NCBI GenBank assembly: GCA_964291315.2
Contig: OZ219753.1
Location: 1,824,001 to 1,888,000 of the forward strand
Source of the DNA: Candidatus Poribacteria bacterium
Lineage (GTDB): Bacteria; Poribacteria; WGA-4E; WGA-3G
Length of the DNA: 64,000 nucleotides
Direction: 5' to 3'
Shown piece by piece: positions 61,183-64,000 of this stretch. The stretch's first letter is position 1; each line of letters begins with the position of its first letter. The position numbers and the translations under genes were made by a program. Below the pieces are notes generated by a model, which worked only from the letters and a program-made list of their open reading frames with translations, searched no databases and was not told the origin of the DNA.

Positions 61183-62022
61183 ATGAACAAAGAAATTTTT
61201 GTCGCTCAAGAATTCACACCTGCTAACAGTTTTACCTCTGGCATCGAGGGACCCGCTTGTGATGCAGACGGGAATCTATACGCAGTCAATTACGCCAAAC
61301 AACACACTGTCGGCAAAGTCACACCGAACGGTACCGCAACCGTTTTCCTCGAACTACCAACCGGTAGCATCGGCAACGGCATCCGTTTTAACAGCAAAGG
61401 TTTCATGTTCATCGCTGATTACACCAATCATAACGTTTTAAAAGTGGACATGGACACGCGAGAAATAAACGTCCATGCACACAAACCAACAATGAATCAA
61501 CCGAATGATCTTGCTATCGGGGCAAATGATACCCTCTATGCAAGTGATCCGAATTGGGCAGAATCAACAGGCCAAATCTGGCGAGTGGATACAGATGGAA
61601 CAGTAACGCTCTTGGAAACAGACATGGGGACTACAAACGGAATAGAGGTAAGCCCTGACGAAAAAACCCTATACGTCAATGAATCCGCACAACGCAACAT
61701 CTGGGCTTATGATCTGTCGCCTAACGGTGAAATTAGCAATAAACGCTTGCTAATTCAGTTCCCCGATTTCAATATGGATGGAATGCGATGCGATATTCAA
61801 GGAAACCTCTATGTCACTCGACACGGCAAAGGTACAGTAGCGAAACTCTCATCAACAGGCGAAGTGTTATTGGAAGTTGAGTTGATTGGTAAGCTCTGTT
61901 CGAATATCGCCTTCGGCGGCCCAGATGGATGCACCTGTTATGTCACAATGGCCGACCGAGGCAATGTAGAAATATTCCGCACCGATGTCCCAGGCAGAAG
62001 CTGGCAACTCTTCCAACGCTAA
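61183..62022 (+). CDS. SMP-30/gluconolactonase family protein
   Basis: IEGP, PNDL, NGIEVSPDEKTLYV, DGMRCD..GNLYV, NIAFGGPD. Confidence 0.92.
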   Translation: MNKEIFVAQEFTPANSFTSGIEGPACDADGNLYAVNYAKQHTVGKVTPNGTATVFLELPTGSIGNGIRFNSKGFMFIADYTNHNVLKVDMDTREINVHAHKPTMNQPNDLAIGANDTLYASDPNWAESTGQIWRVDTDGTVTLLETDMGTTNGIEVSPDEKTLYVNESAQRNIWAYDLSPNGEISNKRLLIQFPDFNMDGMRCDIQGNLYVTRHGKGTVAKLSSTGEVLLEVELIGKLCSNIAFGGPDGCTCYVTMADRGNVEIFRTDVPGRSWQLFQR

Positions 62023-62075
62023 ACCCCATTGAAGGATTAACCGATAGATCACTGCCAACAGCTAAACAAACGTAC

Positions 62076-62104
62076 TTGACACCTGTTACAATTTGTGCTA
62101 CTAT
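62076..62104 (+). promoter_or_regulatory. sigma70-like promoter
   Basis: TTGACA-17 nt-TACTAT with TG extension. Confidence 0.55.
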
Positions 62105-62136
62105 GTGCACATATAATTATCTACATGGAGGTAACC

Positions 62137-62919
62137 ATGAAACAACTCTTTACTTTTTTGGTTCTCACCCTGGTATGTAGTCCTTTTGCAACAGCCGATT
62201 TACTCGAAGGGCTCGTTCTCTACATGCCACTTGACGAGGGAGCCGGAAATAAGACCGAAGACTTCTCGGAAAACGGCTTTGAAGGCGAATTTCAAGGCGG
62301 GGCCAAATGGGTCGACGGTAAATTCGGAAAAGCTGTTGAATTCGACGCATCCAGCGATTTTGTCGAAGTCGGAGACCACAAAGCGTTCCACATTGAAGAT
62401 GAAATCACACAAGCCGCATGGGTCAATCTCAACCGATTGCCCAGCGCACACGCAATTGTCTTCGGCACCCGTATGGGCGGCGGCGGAAGACATATTGGCT
62501 TCGGATACGGCATGAATCCCTCAAACGGGCTAAAGGTCTGGACGAACGCTGCCGGCGGCGGATTCCTCGACATCAACGATAACAAAACAGCCCTTGATAC
62601 CGGTAAATGGTATTACCTTTCCTATACCCATACCTCTGATAACAAAGGGAAGGTAAAAATTTACGTCGACGGCGAGGTCACACACGAACAAGATTCCAAC
62701 AATCCCGTTGCACCCGCAGGCGCTACAAGCCGTATCCAGATCGGCACATGGTCTGGTGAAGCCTGGCCCGGCATCGTTGACGAGGTCCGACTCTGGAACC
62801 GTGCGCTCTCTGACGACGAAATGAAACAGAGCATGGAACTGGGGGCGGAGGAATTCTTGGCTGTTAATCCCAAGGATAAACTCACCACATCCTGGGCTCA
62901 TATTAAGAGACTTCGCTAA
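62137..62919 (+). CDS. Secreted LamG-like jellyroll protein with C-terminal VxPxxKLxxxW motif
   Basis: GGAGG RBS; signal peptide; LVLYMPLDEG.G, WVDGKFGKA, IYVDG, GIVDEVRLWNRALS; tail AVNPKDKLTTSWAHIK. Confidence 0.85.
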   Translation: MKQLFTFLVLTLVCSPFATADLLEGLVLYMPLDEGAGNKTEDFSENGFEGEFQGGAKWVDGKFGKAVEFDASSDFVEVGDHKAFHIEDEITQAAWVNLNRLPSAHAIVFGTRMGGGGRHIGFGYGMNPSNGLKVWTNAAGGGFLDINDNKTALDTGKWYYLSYTHTSDNKGKVKIYVDGEVTHEQDSNNPVAPAGATSRIQIGTWSGEAWPGIVDEVRLWNRALSDDEMKQSMELGAEEFLAVNPKDKLTTSWAHIKRLR

Positions 62920-62925
62920 CAGAAA

Positions 62926-62950
62926 TGAGGCGACAATTTTTGTCGCCTCA
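62926..62950 (+). terminator. Stem-loop after the LamG gene
   Basis: TGAGGCGACAA-TTT-TTGTCGCCTCA. Confidence 0.6.
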
Positions 62951-62985
62951 CCCTTTATAATAAGCCTCACTCAACATCAGACACT

Positions 62986-63537
62986 ATGAAAAAATACAAA
63001 CCCGTCTTAAAACGACTAGAAAAAACAGCAAAACAATATACCAATATCGCACCGGAGAATGGACAATTCCTCTCTATTCTCATCCAATCTATTAACGCAC
63101 AAAACGTGCTTGAAGTCGGAACCAGCAACGGTTACTCCGCTATCTGGCTTGCCGCCGCATTGAAGAAAACCGGCGGCAGACTGATCACGCTTGAGTTCGA
63201 TCCAACGCGAGCAGCAGAGGCAAAAAAACACCTTCGAGAAGTCGGACTTAATGACATCGTCGAAATCCGTGCAGGAAACGCCCTTGATGAAATACCGAAA
63301 TGCGTCGCACCCTTCGATCTTGTCTTCCTTGACGCAGAAAAAAATGAGTACCGACACTATCTTGAATTAATTTTGCCGAATGTCCGTTCAGGTGGTTTGA
63401 TCATCGCTGATGATACTGTAACTATGCGAGACGAAATGTCCGAGTACGTCGAATTCGTCTTCAATACACCCACACTAGACTCCGTTGATATCCCATTAGA
63501 CGACGGGGTTATTCTGAGTTATAAAACCGATATCTAA
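62986..63537 (+). CDS. Class I SAM-dependent O-methyltransferase
   Basis: VLEVGTSNGYS, FDLVFLDAEK, GGLIIADD. Confidence 0.9.
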   Translation: MKKYKPVLKRLEKTAKQYTNIAPENGQFLSILIQSINAQNVLEVGTSNGYSAIWLAAALKKTGGRLITLEFDPTRAAEAKKHLREVGLNDIVEIRAGNALDEIPKCVAPFDLVFLDAEKNEYRHYLELILPNVRSGGLIIADDTVTMRDEMSEYVEFVFNTPTLDSVDIPLDDGVILSYKTDI

Positions 63538-63692
63538 ACGTCGCACACACTTAGGCGAGCGTCTCCGCCTAAACGATGCGATGTCTTAATCTTACTGAAC
63601 TTCGCAACTATCAAGAGAACATTTCCAACGCTAATTTCTACCGAAAATAGTAAGACTTTCTAATGACTCAAGCTTGTGTTGCTATTAAGAGG

Positions 63693-64000
63693 ATGCCCGA
63701 AATTTCCGCTCAATTTAAACTCTCAGACAAATCTACCCAATTTACCGAATCTGTTATCCGCGGGATGACGCAGCTCTGCTTGCGCTACAATGCAATCAAT
63801 TTATCCCAAGGCACACCCGCCTATCAACCGCCACCCGAGGTCAAAACCGCAGCAATCGAAGCAATTCGAGTAGGCTATAACCAGTATAGCATCACATGGG
63901 GCGCACCAGCATTTCGCGAGGCAATTGCACAGAAGATGACAGAATTTAACAACATCCCCACCGACCCAGACAAAAACGTTACCGTCACCTGTGGTTCAAC
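63693..64000 (+). CDS. 3'-partial PLP-dependent aminotransferase class I/II
   Basis: MPEISAQ...FTESVIRGMT...AINLSQG.P...NQY..TWG...REAIA...VTVTCG; runs off the window end. Confidence 0.85.
   Translation, partial: MPEISAQFKLSDKSTQFTESVIRGMTQLCLRYNAINLSQGTPAYQPPPEVKTAAIEAIRVGYNQYSITWGAPAFREAIAQKMTEFNNIPTDPDKNVTVTCGS

Overview
Bacterial chromosomal segment, probably Ca. Poribacteria or a relative. That assignment is an inference from the signal-peptide proteins ending in a V-x-P-x-x-K-L-x-x-x-W-x-x-[LI]-K tail, a PhyH-HEAT fusion, WD40/TolB propellers and a PorV-like barrel. Housekeeping blocks are miaB-map-ccmC-ccmD, mutS2-dnaG-rpoD-tRNA-Ile2-tRNA-Val, tRNA-Gly and folD. There are two defence areas. 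The first is a partial GHKL-like gene plus a helicase-less type ISP/IIG-like restriction-modification gene at 1-5.2 kb. The second is a type III-D-like CRISPR-Cas locus at 37.1-47.5 kb (CARF effector, HD-less Cas10 with GGDD, Csx10, two Cas11-like genes, four Cas7-group RAMPs, Csx19, Cas6, no cas1/cas2). It is followed by an orphan Mod-like methyltransferase frameshifted in a C8 tract and a leaderless 4-repeat CRISPR array fused to a consensus sigma70 promoter. Other notable items: a shared C-terminal sorting-like motif on four secreted proteins, a eukaryote-type glutamine-dependent NAD+ synthetase, a ~130-bp MITE-like insertion whose empty site can be reconstructed, an in-frame amber codon in a WD40 gene, and a promoter-driven 43-nt antisense copy of a nearby gene. 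All family assignments come from motif recognition by eye; no searches were run.
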